From a virus, in IMG/VR virus record IMGVR_UViG_3300042314_001189, positions 73,445 through 137,444 of that record: a stretch of DNA of 64,000 bases, one strand, 5' to 3'. Both the position numbers and the translations under genes were made by a program. The notes below the pieces were generated by a model, which was not told where the DNA came from, did no database searches, and saw only the letters and a list, made by a program, of their open reading frames with translations. This document shows, piece by piece, positions 10,083-19,823 of the stretch. Positions within the stretch are counted from its first letter, which is position 1, and the number at the start of each line of letters is the position of its first letter.

Positions 10083-10691
10083 ATGTGTTATACTAGAGAA
10101 CAAATTGAGACGGCTGTTAAAGCCAAAGGATACAAATGGTTTGACGATGCTTCAAACAAAGGTTATGATGTAAACATTGTTGGTGTTAGAAATAACGCAC
10201 CAAACGTGGCTAAAAAAGTTACAAATGTATTTGATGACCACTTAACAATTTCATTTAAAGATGCGAGTGGAAATTGGCAATTTTATTGCTGGATGGCAAC
10301 ATGTGACCCAGGTAAAAAAGGTGTACAACAATTCCATAATAAAAAAGGTGTTGCTAGATTAGTACCAGCACAATACAGAGGTGTATGGAAAATAGATTTA
10401 CATCAAGGAAAATATGAAGCTCTTTGTCAAAGAAACGGTAATGTTACTGTTTGGAGAGATGCTAATAAAGATTTAGTGTTTGAAGAAACAACAAAAGATA
10501 CTGGTATGTTTGGTATAAACATTCACAAAGCTGGTCAAGATTCTACTTGGGTGGAAAATTGGAGCGAAGGTTGTCAAGTATTTAAAAGAGTGAAAGATTT
10601 TGATGAATTTATGAAAATTTGTAAATCAGCCTCAAAAATACACGGTAACAATTTTAGTTACACACTATTAGAAAGTACAGATATAGTTTAA
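10083..10691 (+). CDS. putative peptidoglycan peptidase (YkuD/L,D-transpeptidase-like)
   Basis: GINIH...WSEGCQV His/Cys motif; next to lysin. Confidence 0.5.
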   Translation: MCYTREQIETAVKAKGYKWFDDASNKGYDVNIVGVRNNAPNVAKKVTNVFDDHLTISFKDASGNWQFYCWMATCDPGKKGVQQFHNKKGVARLVPAQYRGVWKIDLHQGKYEALCQRNGNVTVWRDANKDLVFEETTKDTGMFGINIHKAGQDSTWVENWSEGCQVFKRVKDFDEFMKICKSASKIHGNNFSYTLLESTDIV

Positions 10692-10693
10692 TC

Positions 10694-10906
10694 GTGGAAA
10701 ACTCTAGAAGATGGGTTTTAACTGTTTTAGTCATGGTTACTTTTTGTTTAGTAACTTTGGGTATACTTGGTTCAATTCATTCAAATTCAACAGTAGATGG
10801 CGAATGGAAAGAGATTTTGTTACTTTTATTAGGAGCCTTTATTGGTTCTTATGGTAAAATTGTTGACTATTGGTTTGGAAAAGATAATGACAAAACCAAA
10901 GAATAG
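10694..10906 (+). CDS. holin-like 2-TM protein
   Basis: 70 aa, two TM helices, follows lysin genes. Confidence 0.5.
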   Translation: MENSRRWVLTVLVMVTFCLVTLGILGSIHSNSTVDGEWKEILLLLLGAFIGSYGKIVDYWFGKDNDKTKE

Positions 10907-10974
10907 CATCAATAATAGTAACATAACATTTATTTTTTTGGTATATTAACTATATTAATAAAAATAAATAAAGA

Positions 10975-11448
10975 ATGAATAACAAATACGATAAACTTAG
11001 CTTCTTGGCATATATCCACAACCCTATAAGTAGGGAAAGCATGAACGTATTGTACGCTTCAAACAACTTAAAATATGAAAAATGTGAGTTGTATAGCGAC
11101 TTTGTACAATCATTGCTGATGCTAACCTTTGACACGTATATGGGTGACGACATAATGGCCGTTGACGACCAAATAAAACATTTTAATTGGTGCTGGAACA
11201 AAGTTGTTGAAAATTTTAAGCTAGAAGGTGTTTTTCTCAACAGTGTTAAGTTATATGATTATTTTCTAGAATTTATGCTTGAAGTTTTTTACTCATATGA
11301 TAACAAAAAAAGATTTGATTATACTGACAAAGGGTTGTTAAAAATATGGTACGATATTTTTGATTATGATAAAATCAAAACCCAAGCGGATATGGATACA
11401 CTTATTGAGATTTACGGTATTTTTGATAAATCCTTGAAATTTCAATAA
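10975..11448 (+). CDS. hypothetical protein
   Basis: 157 aa ORF. Confidence 0.6.
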   Translation: MNNKYDKLSFLAYIHNPISRESMNVLYASNNLKYEKCELYSDFVQSLLMLTFDTYMGDDIMAVDDQIKHFNWCWNKVVENFKLEGVFLNSVKLYDYFLEFMLEVFYSYDNKKRFDYTDKGLLKIWYDIFDYDKIKTQADMDTLIEIYGIFDKSLKFQ

Positions 11449-11499
11449 AAAAATAGGTTTTACTATTTATTTTTGATAATAAATGATTAGTTTTATATT

Positions 11500-11724
11500 A
11501 TGAATACTGAAAGATTATTTAATGTTGTAATGATGGAACTTACAACCGACAAGATGAAATTAGAGGATGAATTAGAAATGGCTATCAATTCAAAAGATAG
11601 TATTGACCAAAAATCCGCTAAAATACAACAGATTTTGGCTAGGTTGTCAAACCTAGAAAATAGTATTGCTAAATTTAGCAATCTTATAAATAACAATAAC
11701 AATAACAATCAAAAAGAAGACTAA
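11500..11724 (+). CDS. hypothetical coiled-coil protein
   Basis: 74 aa ORF. Confidence 0.55.
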   Translation: MNTERLFNVVMMELTTDKMKLEDELEMAINSKDSIDQKSAKIQQILARLSNLENSIAKFSNLINNNNNNNQKED

Positions 11725-11725
11725 A

Positions 11726-11911
11726 ATGGAAAAATTTGAAGAATTAAAAGCGTTAATCGTTTCTCTAGAAGAAGATGCGACTAAATTTTACGAAAAAAGT
11801 AATAAAGCTGCTGGTGTAAGACTTAGAAAAGGTTTACAAGAAATCAGAACTTTATCACAAACTTTGAGACAAGACGTTTCTGCAAAAAATAAAGAAGCTA
11901 AAACTGCTTAA
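11726..11911 (+). CDS. histone H1-like (Hc1-family) DNA-binding protein
   Basis: DATKFYEKSNKAAGVRLRKGLQE matches Bacteroidota Hc1-like small proteins. Confidence 0.75.
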   Translation: MEKFEELKALIVSLEEDATKFYEKSNKAAGVRLRKGLQEIRTLSQTLRQDVSAKNKEAKTA

Positions 11912-11921
11912 AAAATAAATT

Positions 11922-12134
11922 ATGCTAGTAGATATACTTAACAAAATATTGCTAATACTATTCTTTATGTCGAGTCTTAACGTGTTAAGGCATGTGTATT
12001 ATTTCATACAAGCTGTGCTTACTTCAACAGAAGAAGAGCCCAAAAAATATAGGATTCCAAACGTTTCGTTGTATTTATTAGGTGTATCTATTGCATATAT
12101 TTTATCAGCTATTATTACTGGTATAACACTTTAA
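11922..12134 (+). CDS. small membrane protein
   Basis: 2 TM segments. Confidence 0.55.
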   Translation: MLVDILNKILLILFFMSSLNVLRHVYYFIQAVLTSTEEEPKKYRIPNVSLYLLGVSIAYILSAIITGITL

Positions 12135-12143
12135 AAATATACT

Positions 12144-12830
12144 ATGTCAAACATACAAAAAACACTTGATTCTTTACAACCATATGTCATTGGTATACGT
12201 TATGTTGAAGGTACACCAGTTGTTGATACTGTGTTCAAAGAAGGGTGGACACTTCATGATGACCCTAGAATTGAGAAAGCTAAAGGTAGTGAAGAAATGA
12301 ATTACTATATGCTATTTTCAAAGCTAGAAGGTATAGGTTTGGATGAATTATTGGCTTATGTTGATAAAACAATCAAACTAAATGTTGAACGTGAAAAAAA
12401 ACATGACTTGTTAAAACAAAAGGTTAACGAACTTAAAGAAGTATTCAAGAAAAACAGTTTGGAAAAACTCAAAAGACTTAAATTCACATTTACGGAAGAA
12501 GACTTGGTACCAAAATTAAATGATTTTGATGTTGATATAGACATTGATGATGATTTAATGGAAGAACCTAAAATAGAGATACCTAAAGTAGAGGTAACTA
12601 AAAACGAATACGAAGAAGTATCGGTGGATGAATATGAAGAAGAACCCAAAAGCTTAACACAAACAGCTAGTTACTTGGACGAAAACGGAAACCCAATAGA
12701 GATGACTGAAGAAGAACTGGAAATGATGGAAGAAGAAGCCAGAGCCAAGAAAAATATGGAGTATTTAAAATCAAAGAAACAAACTCAAAATTTTAAAACT
12801 TCCAGTAAAGTAGAGTTACCACCTAGGTAA
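12144..12830 (+). CDS. hypothetical acidic protein
   Basis: 228 aa ORF. Confidence 0.6.
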   Translation: MSNIQKTLDSLQPYVIGIRYVEGTPVVDTVFKEGWTLHDDPRIEKAKGSEEMNYYMLFSKLEGIGLDELLAYVDKTIKLNVEREKKHDLLKQKVNELKEVFKKNSLEKLKRLKFTFTEEDLVPKLNDFDVDIDIDDDLMEEPKIEIPKVEVTKNEYEEVSVDEYEEEPKSLTQTASYLDENGNPIEMTEEELEMMEEEARAKKNMEYLKSKKQTQNFKTSSKVELPPR

Positions 12831-12930
12831 TACTAAACCGATTGTGATTACGGATTAAAACAAAAAAAAACCCCATAATTGGGGTTTTTTTGTTTGTTAA
12901 AATACTGGTTAGATATGCACCATATAAGAC

Positions 12931-13276
12931 CTAAGCCTCTTTGTTAAAAGCTCTTTCAAGTGCTTCTTGTAGTGTATGGGTTAGCCAAACACCAGCAGCT
13001 GATAACAAACCATTAAAGAAAACAATTAAGTACATGTTTTTAACACCTAAGCTACCGATAGGGGTCAATTCGCCATAACCGAAATAAATCATAATAGCTG
13101 ATACTGCAAACCCCATCCATGTACCTAAACACATAAAACAAGTAAATAACTTATGAAGACTGTAACCACCAGTCCCCATTTTAGAAAGAAGGTTTCTAAA
13201 ACCTTCAAATACGGAACCGTAAATCATGTTGTTACATGCTCCGTAGCAAATAAGAATAAAAATTAGTGTAATCATC
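12931..13276 (-). CDS. DUF1360-like membrane protein
   Basis: LFTCFMCLGTW motif flanked by TM helices; ATG about 13276 preferred. Confidence 0.6.
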
Positions 13277-13340
13277 GTTTTTATTTCAAATATAATGATT
13301 ATACTCGATATAGTCAATATTTATAAACAAATACTTTATA

Positions 13341-13895
13341 ATGAAAAGTTTGATAAAAAATTTACTTAGAGAAAATATAAATGATTTTACAATAACATGT
13401 GAAAATTGTGGTTGGCATTGGAAAGCATCTGAATCGGATAAATCTGACTTATATGTTTGCCATGAATGCGGTCACGACAACGAACCAGCGTATGACGATG
13501 AAAGACTCAACGAGTCTGAAGAAGAACAAAAAGTTGCTGGTGTGTTAATCAAGTGTTTAAAAACAAATCGTGTTTTATTGTTGTTGAGAAATGATAAACA
13601 ACCCAAATGGGCCCTTATGTCTGGTGGTATGGAAGAGGGTGAACACCCAGTTGAAACATTAAAAAGAGAAATAGGTGAAGAATTGAGTATTGATGCGTCA
13701 ATCATTCAATTTGAATACGATAGGGTGGAACACATACCAGAAAAAAATAGAAATTTTTATTACTATAAAGGATTTACAATGTCAGAATTTAAGCCTATAT
13801 TGGACCATGAAAACTTAAAATACGGTTGGTTTTCAAAGGATAAATTACCAACACCTTTATATAAAGGTTTGGCCGAAAAAATATCTAGAATATGA
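13341..13895 (+). CDS. NUDIX hydrolase with Zn-ribbon and head-targeting-like N-terminus
   Basis: CxxC...CxxC; GGMEEGEHPVETLKREIGEELS Nudix box; MKSLIKNLLRE start. Confidence 0.8.
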   Translation: MKSLIKNLLRENINDFTITCENCGWHWKASESDKSDLYVCHECGHDNEPAYDDERLNESEEEQKVAGVLIKCLKTNRVLLLLRNDKQPKWALMSGGMEEGEHPVETLKREIGEELSIDASIIQFEYDRVEHIPEKNRNFYYYKGFTMSEFKPILDHENLKYGWFSKDKLPTPLYKGLAEKISRI

Positions 13896-14110
13896 ATGAA
13901 AAAATGGTAAATAGAGAGATTAAACAAGCTGAAAATGAAATCTTGCTAGAGAAATACAAAACAGCTTTGAAGAAAACTCAACTAATCAACGAACTTAAAT
14001 CTGGTTTGGGTAACGAAATAAAGAAAAACCCAGGGAAAGCCAAGATAATAAAAAAACCATGGTATAAAAAAATCCTAGCTGGATTAAAAAAAATATTTAC
14101 AAAGTTTTAA
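13892..14110 (+). CDS. hypothetical protein
   Basis: 72 aa ORF, overlapping start/stop. Confidence 0.55.
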   Translation: MNEKMVNREIKQAENEILLEKYKTALKKTQLINELKSGLGNEIKKNPGKAKIIKKPWYKKILAGLKKIFTKF

Positions 14111-14111
14111 T

Positions 14112-14342
14112 ATGAACTACGATGATTTAATAAACACTATTTCCGAAATAGTAAATAACGAAAAGATACACAAAAATGGGTTGTTCCTAACTTATGAATT
14201 AAACGATGTTATTCATAAAAGAATGAATGAGCAACTATTCTACAAATCAAACCCACCAACAGCCCAATGTGTTTATACAGATGAATTTGAGGTTGAACTT
14301 GGTGGACTTTTAGTTAAGTTTACTAAAAAATTACCAGAATAA
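14112..14342 (+). CDS. hypothetical protein
   Basis: 76 aa ORF. Confidence 0.55.
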   Translation: MNYDDLINTISEIVNNEKIHKNGLFLTYELNDVIHKRMNEQLFYKSNPPTAQCVYTDEFEVELGGLLVKFTKKLPE

Positions 14343-14367
14343 TTTGGAAAACAAATAAATTCTTTGT

Positions 14368-14375
14368 ACCTTTGC
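14368..14375 (+). promoter_or_regulatory. Bacteroidota-type -7 promoter element TAnnTTTG (representative of many copies)
   Basis: TACCTTTG with upstream TTTG/TTG; similar elements near 15844, 16432, 19796, 22668, 23703, 25444, 26547, 28180, 32784, 36560, 38746, 41221, 42186, 45834, 56783, 57707, 59994, 61017, 61267, 63320. Confidence 0.8.
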
Positions 14376-14388
14376 CAAAAATAAAATT

Positions 14389-15000
14389 ATGGCTAAAGAA
14401 AAAAAGATATTAGAAGACTACGGTGACTATCAATTTGTCGCTGGGTTAGATGAGGTTGGAAGAGGTTGTGGCTCTGGCCCAGTAGTAACAGCAGCTGTTA
14501 TAATGCCAAAAGGTTTTAAATCCCCTTTAATCAGAGATTCAAAAAAATTATCACCCACTCAAAGAGCTGAAGCATACAAACTAATCATGGAAAATGCTAT
14601 TAGCGTGTCATGTAACGCTGGGTCTGTTGACGATATAAATGAAATGGGAATAGACAAAGCAACATTTAAAACGATGTATAAATGTTTATCTGAATTAAAC
14701 ACAAAACCAGAACACATTTTGGTTGACGGAATATCATGGGAGACTTATACCGATGAAATAAATTACGACAAGCTTATAAGTATGGTACCTAAAGGTGATG
14801 ATACCTATACATGTATAGCAGCTGCTGCAATCGTTGCCAAAGTAAGACGTGACGAATACATGTGTAAATTACACTTAAAATATCCAAAATACAATTGGTG
14901 TTCAAACAAAGGATATTTAACACCAGACCATATCGCTGCTTTGAAAGAACATGGTGCGAATAAATACCATAGAAAATTATACGTAAGAAATTTTGTATAA
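14389..15000 (+). CDS. rnhB: ribonuclease HII
   Basis: AGLDEVGRGCGSGPVV, DSKKLS, LVDG, KGDD, IAAAAIVAKVRRD, NKGY. Confidence 0.95.
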   Translation: MAKEKKILEDYGDYQFVAGLDEVGRGCGSGPVVTAAVIMPKGFKSPLIRDSKKLSPTQRAEAYKLIMENAISVSCNAGSVDDINEMGIDKATFKTMYKCLSELNTKPEHILVDGISWETYTDEINYDKLISMVPKGDDTYTCIAAAAIVAKVRRDEYMCKLHLKYPKYNWCSNKGYLTPDHIAALKEHGANKYHRKLYVRNFV

Positions 15001-15016
15001 CAAATTATTTTAACAT

Positions 15017-15217
15017 ATGAAAAATATAAAAAACAAAGAAGAATACGATAGAATTTCTGAATTAAGAAATAGTGTATATAATTCGGAAGATATGATAGAT
15101 GGTGAATATACTATTGGTATGTATGGTGATAAATACGAAGAAATTGATAAATTACATACTAAGGTATTAGAAATTCTAAGGGAGTATGATAAACTACTTA
15201 AAAACACTCTAAAATAA
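15017..15217 (+). CDS. hypothetical protein
   Basis: 66 aa ORF. Confidence 0.5.
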   Translation: MKNIKNKEEYDRISELRNSVYNSEDMIDGEYTIGMYGDKYEEIDKLHTKVLEILREYDKLLKNTLK

Positions 15218-15256
15218 TTTTTTCTGTGTATAACAAATGATAAAAAAATATAGAAT

Positions 15257-15550
15257 ATGATTAAAAAGAACGAAAGATTTTCTTTTAAGGAAATGGAACA
15301 CATTGCTGTTGAATTTGCAATAAGTTGTGTGAAAGGGTATAAGGGTAGTTTTGAAGATTATATGTTAACGGTGCGTAAAGATTGGAGAGTTATTCTAAAG
15401 ACAGTATCCAAGCAAGAAACTAATATTAAAGATTATCATAGAATGATTACAACACCTTACTTTTTATGTAGGGATTTAAAAATATCAAAAAGTAATATCA
15501 GAGATAGTGATTGCAATTGTGGGCAACCTAGTTGTAGTTTATGTGGTTAA
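15257..15550 (+). CDS. hypothetical protein, Cys-rich C-terminus
   Basis: 97 aa ORF. Confidence 0.5.
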   Translation: MIKKNERFSFKEMEHIAVEFAISCVKGYKGSFEDYMLTVRKDWRVILKTVSKQETNIKDYHRMITTPYFLCRDLKISKSNIRDSDCNCGQPSCSLCG

Positions 15551-15569
15551 ATAATTCAAAACAAAGTAA

Positions 15570-15791
15570 ATGGGAAGAAACACAGCGTGGGGTAATAAAG
15601 CTTATAAAGAAGTAAGACAAAATGGTGGTTCAAAAGATGAAGCTAGAGAAGCTTCCAACAGAGCAACCGAATTATATCACCAACAAACAAGAGAAAGACA
15701 ATTTGGCAAATGTGGTTCTTACGACAATGATGTTAGCGACTTTAACAATAGTTTAAATGATGGTTCTTGGCATACATCAGACGATTTATAA
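15570..15791 (+). CDS. hypothetical protein
   Basis: 73 aa ORF. Confidence 0.5.
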   Translation: MGRNTAWGNKAYKEVRQNGGSKDEAREASNRATELYHQQTRERQFGKCGSYDNDVSDFNNSLNDGSWHTSDDL

Positions 15792-15868
15792 AAAAAATTA
15801 AATTTTTTTCGTTTTAAATTTGGAAGTTTAAAAAATTATTCTTACCTTTGTATTGTTAAATTAAAGAT

Positions 15869-16366
15869 ATGAAAAAAATACTAATGATTATCGGTCTTGC
15901 TGTTTTAATAGTGTCATGTGAAAAAGAACCGATTACACCTGGGAATTATGGTGCTGGAACACCAACACCACCAGATACAACAACATGGCAATGGCAATAC
16001 GGAAATGGCGGTACATTACCTAACTGGGGAAGCGGTACTCAAACAAACGAATTGGTTGGAACCGTTTGGGTTTTAACAAAAGTTGTAAATGGTTTTGCCA
16101 CATCTTATCCAAACGATACGATTAAGTTTGTTAACAATACAAATTACACATTAAATAATGGTGCTGTTAGACCATACCAATTAACGGCTGGGGTTGCATC
16201 AACAAACAAAACTTTAAGCTTATATTATTTTGCACCTTTTGGTGGTAGTCATTATAGTGGGGAAGTTGGACCGTATTTTGTTACTGATGGCGTGATTAAT
16301 AGTTGCGAATTTACAAATATACAAAATACGACAAGCACTGTAAAAGCTTGGTTTACAAAGATTTAA
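15869..16366 (+). CDS. lipoprotein
   Basis: Signal peptide II lipobox LIVSC; ELVGTVWVL lipocalin-like motif. Confidence 0.7.
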   Translation: MKKILMIIGLAVLIVSCEKEPITPGNYGAGTPTPPDTTTWQWQYGNGGTLPNWGSGTQTNELVGTVWVLTKVVNGFATSYPNDTIKFVNNTNYTLNNGAVRPYQLTAGVASTNKTLSLYYFAPFGGSHYSGEVGPYFVTDGVINSCEFTNIQNTTSTVKAWFTKI

Positions 16367-16470
16367 AAATTATTTTAAAAAATAAAACAAAAAAGTTTAA
16401 AAAAAAGTTGACACGGGCGAAAAAAGTTCGTAACTTTGCATCACTTAATTATTAATATAAAAAAATTACT

Positions 16471-17910
16471 ATGAGCACATTATTGAAAGCAATGCAAACA
16501 AATGATTCGTTAACTGAAAACGGTATGGCGACTAACTCATCATCATTAAACCACTGTGTAGACTTGTTCTTCCAAATTGGTGCGATGAGAGGGCAAGACA
16601 AACAACGTTTGATTAACGCTTTTACCAAAGCGTTTGCTGAGAACCCTTTAAACGCAATGCGTTTATTGTTTTGGGCTCGTGACGTTAGAGGCGGTGCTGG
16701 TGAAAGACAAATCTTTAGAGATATTGTTGAGTACTTGGCTAAAAACCGTACTGAAACGTTAGGTAAAAACTTGCATTTGATTAGCGAGTATGGACGTTGG
16801 GATGATGTATTGGCTTTGGTTGGTACACCATTAGAAACACAAGCGTTGGACTTAGTTTCTTCTGCGTTAAACAGAAAAGACGGTTTATGTGCTAAGTGGA
16901 TGCCACGTCCAAACGTTACAAATCGTGAGAAAAAAAGATGGGCTAGTGCTGTTAGAAAGCACATGGGGTTAACACCAAAAGAATACCGTAAATTGTTAGC
17001 TGAAAACTCTAACACTGTTGAGAAATTGATGTGTGCTAAAGAATTCACTAAAATTGATTACTCTAAATTGCCGTCAAAAGCGATGAGTGACCTTATGAAG
17101 GCGTTTTCTAGAAATGACTTAGAAAGATTCCAAGCTTACTTGGCATCTTTAGAAAAAGGTGAGGTAAAAATCAATGCTGGTGCGGTATACCCATATGACA
17201 TCGTTAAAAACTTGAAACATGGTAGTGCAAGAGGTGCTAACGCACAATGGACTGCGTTGCCAAACTACATGGAAGGAAACAACGAGTTTGTTTTACCAGT
17301 AGTTGACGTTTCTGGTTCAATGTCATGCCCAGCTGGTGGTAACCCTAACGTTACTTGTATGGATGTAGCAATCTCTTTGGGGTTATACATCTCTGAAAGA
17401 AACGTTGGACCTTTCCAAGATGCGTTTGTTACTTTCTCTGAAAGTCCAAAACTTCAAATCCTTAAAGGTTCTTTAGAAGAAAGATATAATCAACTTCAAA
17501 GAGCTGATTGGGATATGTCGACTAACTTGGAAGCTGTATTTAAGTTAATTCTTAAAAAAGCTAAAGAGTCAAACGTGCCACAAAGCGAAATGCCGACAAT
17601 GGTTCTTGTGTTGTCTGATATGGAATTCAATTCTGCTGTAAGAGGTAGAAGCTGGAACCCAACAGCGCAACAAATGATTGAATCAATGTACGCTGAGGCT
17701 GGATATAAAACTCCGAAAGTAGTTTATTGGAATATCCAATCTAGAGGTGACAATAACAAACCAGTACACTTTGATACAAATGGTACTGCGTTAGTATCGG
17801 GGTTCTCCCCAGCTTTATTGACTAACTTGTTAGCTGGTAAAGATATGACTCCAATGTCTATGATGTTGAGTGTTATTGACTCTGAGCGTTACTCACCAGT
17901 AACAATCTAA
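16471..17910 (+). CDS. DUF2828-family Ro60/TROVE-like protein with vWA domain
   Basis: TENG, LFWARDVRGGAGER, YGRWDD, AKWMPR, VVDVSGSM (MIDAS), LSDMEFN, SGFSP. Confidence 0.85.
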   Translation: MSTLLKAMQTNDSLTENGMATNSSSLNHCVDLFFQIGAMRGQDKQRLINAFTKAFAENPLNAMRLLFWARDVRGGAGERQIFRDIVEYLAKNRTETLGKNLHLISEYGRWDDVLALVGTPLETQALDLVSSALNRKDGLCAKWMPRPNVTNREKKRWASAVRKHMGLTPKEYRKLLAENSNTVEKLMCAKEFTKIDYSKLPSKAMSDLMKAFSRNDLERFQAYLASLEKGEVKINAGAVYPYDIVKNLKHGSARGANAQWTALPNYMEGNNEFVLPVVDVSGSMSCPAGGNPNVTCMDVAISLGLYISERNVGPFQDAFVTFSESPKLQILKGSLEERYNQLQRADWDMSTNLEAVFKLILKKAKESNVPQSEMPTMVLVLSDMEFNSAVRGRSWNPTAQQMIESMYAEAGYKTPKVVYWNIQSRGDNNKPVHFDTNGTALVSGFSPALLTNLLAGKDMTPMSMMLSVIDSERYSPVTI

Positions 17911-17945
17911 GAAACTGGGCTGTAATAGGCCCAGCTTTCTTCAAG

Positions 17946-18130
17946 TGTTTGTATAGAAAGATATTTTCAGCAATCTAAAAAAACTATACAATTATGATTC
18001 AGAACAAGTTGAAAACTAAAACCCTATGGGCTGTTTTTGACAAACGTAGGTGCCAAGACCTCTTTTTAAAATTGGCAACTTCTTTCATAGAGTTTAGAAG
18101 TTAAACTACTCCCGTATCTTGATGCAAACA
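17946..18130 (+). ncRNA. CAGCAA bulged-stem ncRNA, copy A (Y-RNA-like candidate)
   Basis: TGTTTGTAT/ATGCAAACA outer stem, AAGATA/TATCTT inner stem, TTCAGCAA...AAACTA; directly after Ro60-like gene and followed by a terminator. Confidence 0.6.
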
Positions 18131-18132
18131 TT

Positions 18133-18162
18133 AAAAAAAAGGTCCTTTTAAAGGGCCTTTTT
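18133..18162 (+). terminator. intrinsic terminator
   Basis: A-run GGTCCTT ttaa AGGGCC T-run. Confidence 0.7.
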
Positions 18163-18245
18163 TAGTTTATGCTATTTACACTATGAAAAAAAATCGATAT
18201 TGTTGTTTATTATTTTAAAGATAACATTATATTTAGAGATAGCGA

Positions 18246-18515
18246 ATGAAAAGAATAGTTGTAAAAGAAATTGACAAGTTAAAAAGCACCATGTATGGTG
18301 ACAAAGTTATAAGTGAATACTTAATTTATTTAATTTTGAACCAAGGTGGTGGAGACATAACCTTAAATGGTTTCACCGAATATGGTGAAAAAAATAAAGA
18401 TGCTAGAGTTGATGAACTTATTGTCGAACACTTCGTAAACAATGAAACACTTGCTAAAATAAATAAAAAAGAAATCATCCAAGAAGTAACGTTTTTGGAA
18501 CATTTAAAAAATTAA
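18246..18515 (+). CDS. hypothetical protein
   Basis: 89 aa ORF. Confidence 0.55.
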   Translation: MKRIVVKEIDKLKSTMYGDKVISEYLIYLILNQGGGDITLNGFTEYGEKNKDARVDELIVEHFVNNETLAKINKKEIIQEVTFLEHLKN

Positions 18516-18521
18516 TTAAAA

Positions 18522-18917
18522 ATGAAAGAAAGTTACCCACTAATCATAGTGTTCTATTTGGACGCTGATATGATGAAAGTCAAAGAAATCATCCAACCAT
18601 TTGCTGATTCAGTAAATACTATGTTGGCACACAAAAATGCAAACGCTATGGCGTTCTTTATCCCAACAAAAGGTGAAGAAAGAGTTGAATGTATCAACCC
18701 ATCAATAATCGCTGAAGCTGACATGGCCAAGATAAATGAAATGGTAGAAGATATTAGAAAAAGTTTTGCTATTGGTGAAGATATCGATGTTTCAGATGAA
18801 GAAATTGATATGACCGAAGAAGAAATGATTGATGAGCTAACAAAAATAGCTGAACAATTAAACACCAAACCATGCGATTGTGGTAATAACCCAGATGGTA
18901 AATGTAAATGCGATTAA
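18522..18917 (+). CDS. hypothetical protein
   Basis: 131 aa ORF. Confidence 0.6.
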   Translation: MKESYPLIIVFYLDADMMKVKEIIQPFADSVNTMLAHKNANAMAFFIPTKGEERVECINPSIIAEADMAKINEMVEDIRKSFAIGEDIDVSDEEIDMTEEEMIDELTKIAEQLNTKPCDCGNNPDGKCKCD

Positions 18918-19107
18918 TATGACACAACAAGAAAAAGCTTATTTATATGATGAATACATTAGAGAAAGCGATAAACTACAAAGAGAAAACTCTAAAATAA
19001 AATCAGAGTACGTTACAAACATACCACCACATCTTCAAGCAGTGATTGATAAAAACAACGCTAGGATTGCAACACTAGTTGTTAATTTAGAAAATTTATT
19101 TAGATAA
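18918..19107 (+). CDS. hypothetical protein
   Basis: ATG about 18919 after previous stop (MTQQEKAYLY...). Confidence 0.5.
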
Positions 19108-19109
19108 AA

Positions 19110-19766
19110 TCAAGGTCTAGTACTAGTCCTTCTTATTTTAGTATAACGCCAGCCCGTTTCTTCGTGTATTATATCATACATTCGACCAACGGTTGCTGGC
19201 GTTGCTGTACCCATAAACATAAGACTTTTAATTTTTTGTTTTTTAGCTATTTTGGCTAGTGTGTGGTGTAAACGTTGAGCATCTTCTAAATTTTTACAAA
19301 TAACCATATCAAATTGGTCTTCGTTATAAATTATTAGTTTATTATGGACTACAATTATTTGTTTGACCATTTTTTTGGAATGAGCACCAATCATTAATTT
19401 TTTAACAACTTCTTTTATTGTAGGTCTTTCTGATTTTTTGTCTAAACCATAAACCCAAAAAGTTTCTTCTATTTGATATTCGTCTGAAGTCAATATAGTC
19501 CAATCACCCAAAGCTTTTTCGGTATATAGTTTACCATAATCATCTCTAAGTACTCTAAATGTATCGTCTTTTTCGGTTACCTTAGTAACACATATTTCAT
19601 ATTTTACTGGTTTTAAACCATTGGCGTTTAAGAATCTCTTAGGGTATAAAACGTTATTTTCCTCTCTTAACTTATGGTAGTTAAGAAAGGCAGTTTCTTT
19701 GGTTTTACTCTTATGAAGTGTTTTTTTGTATTTACCGTTTGATGTTAAAATCACCCTATATGTCAT
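19110..19766 (-). CDS. hypothetical basic protein
   Basis: 218 aa ORF ending in TGA. Confidence 0.65.
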   Translation of the reverse strand: MTYRVILTSNGKYKKTLHKSKTKETAFLNYHKLREENNVLYPKRFLNANGLKPVKYEICVTKVTEKDDTFRVLRDDYGKLYTEKALGDWTILTSDEYQIEETFWVYGLDKKSERPTIKEVVKKLMIGAHSKKMVKQIIVVHNKLIIYNEDQFDMVICKNLEDAQRLHHTLAKIAKKQKIKSLMFMGTATPATVGRMYDIIHEETGWRYTKIRRTSTRP

Positions 19767-19823
19767 GAAAAGTTGTTTTTTATTATAAAAATATGTATAT
19801 TTGCAAAAAAATAAAGGTTTATA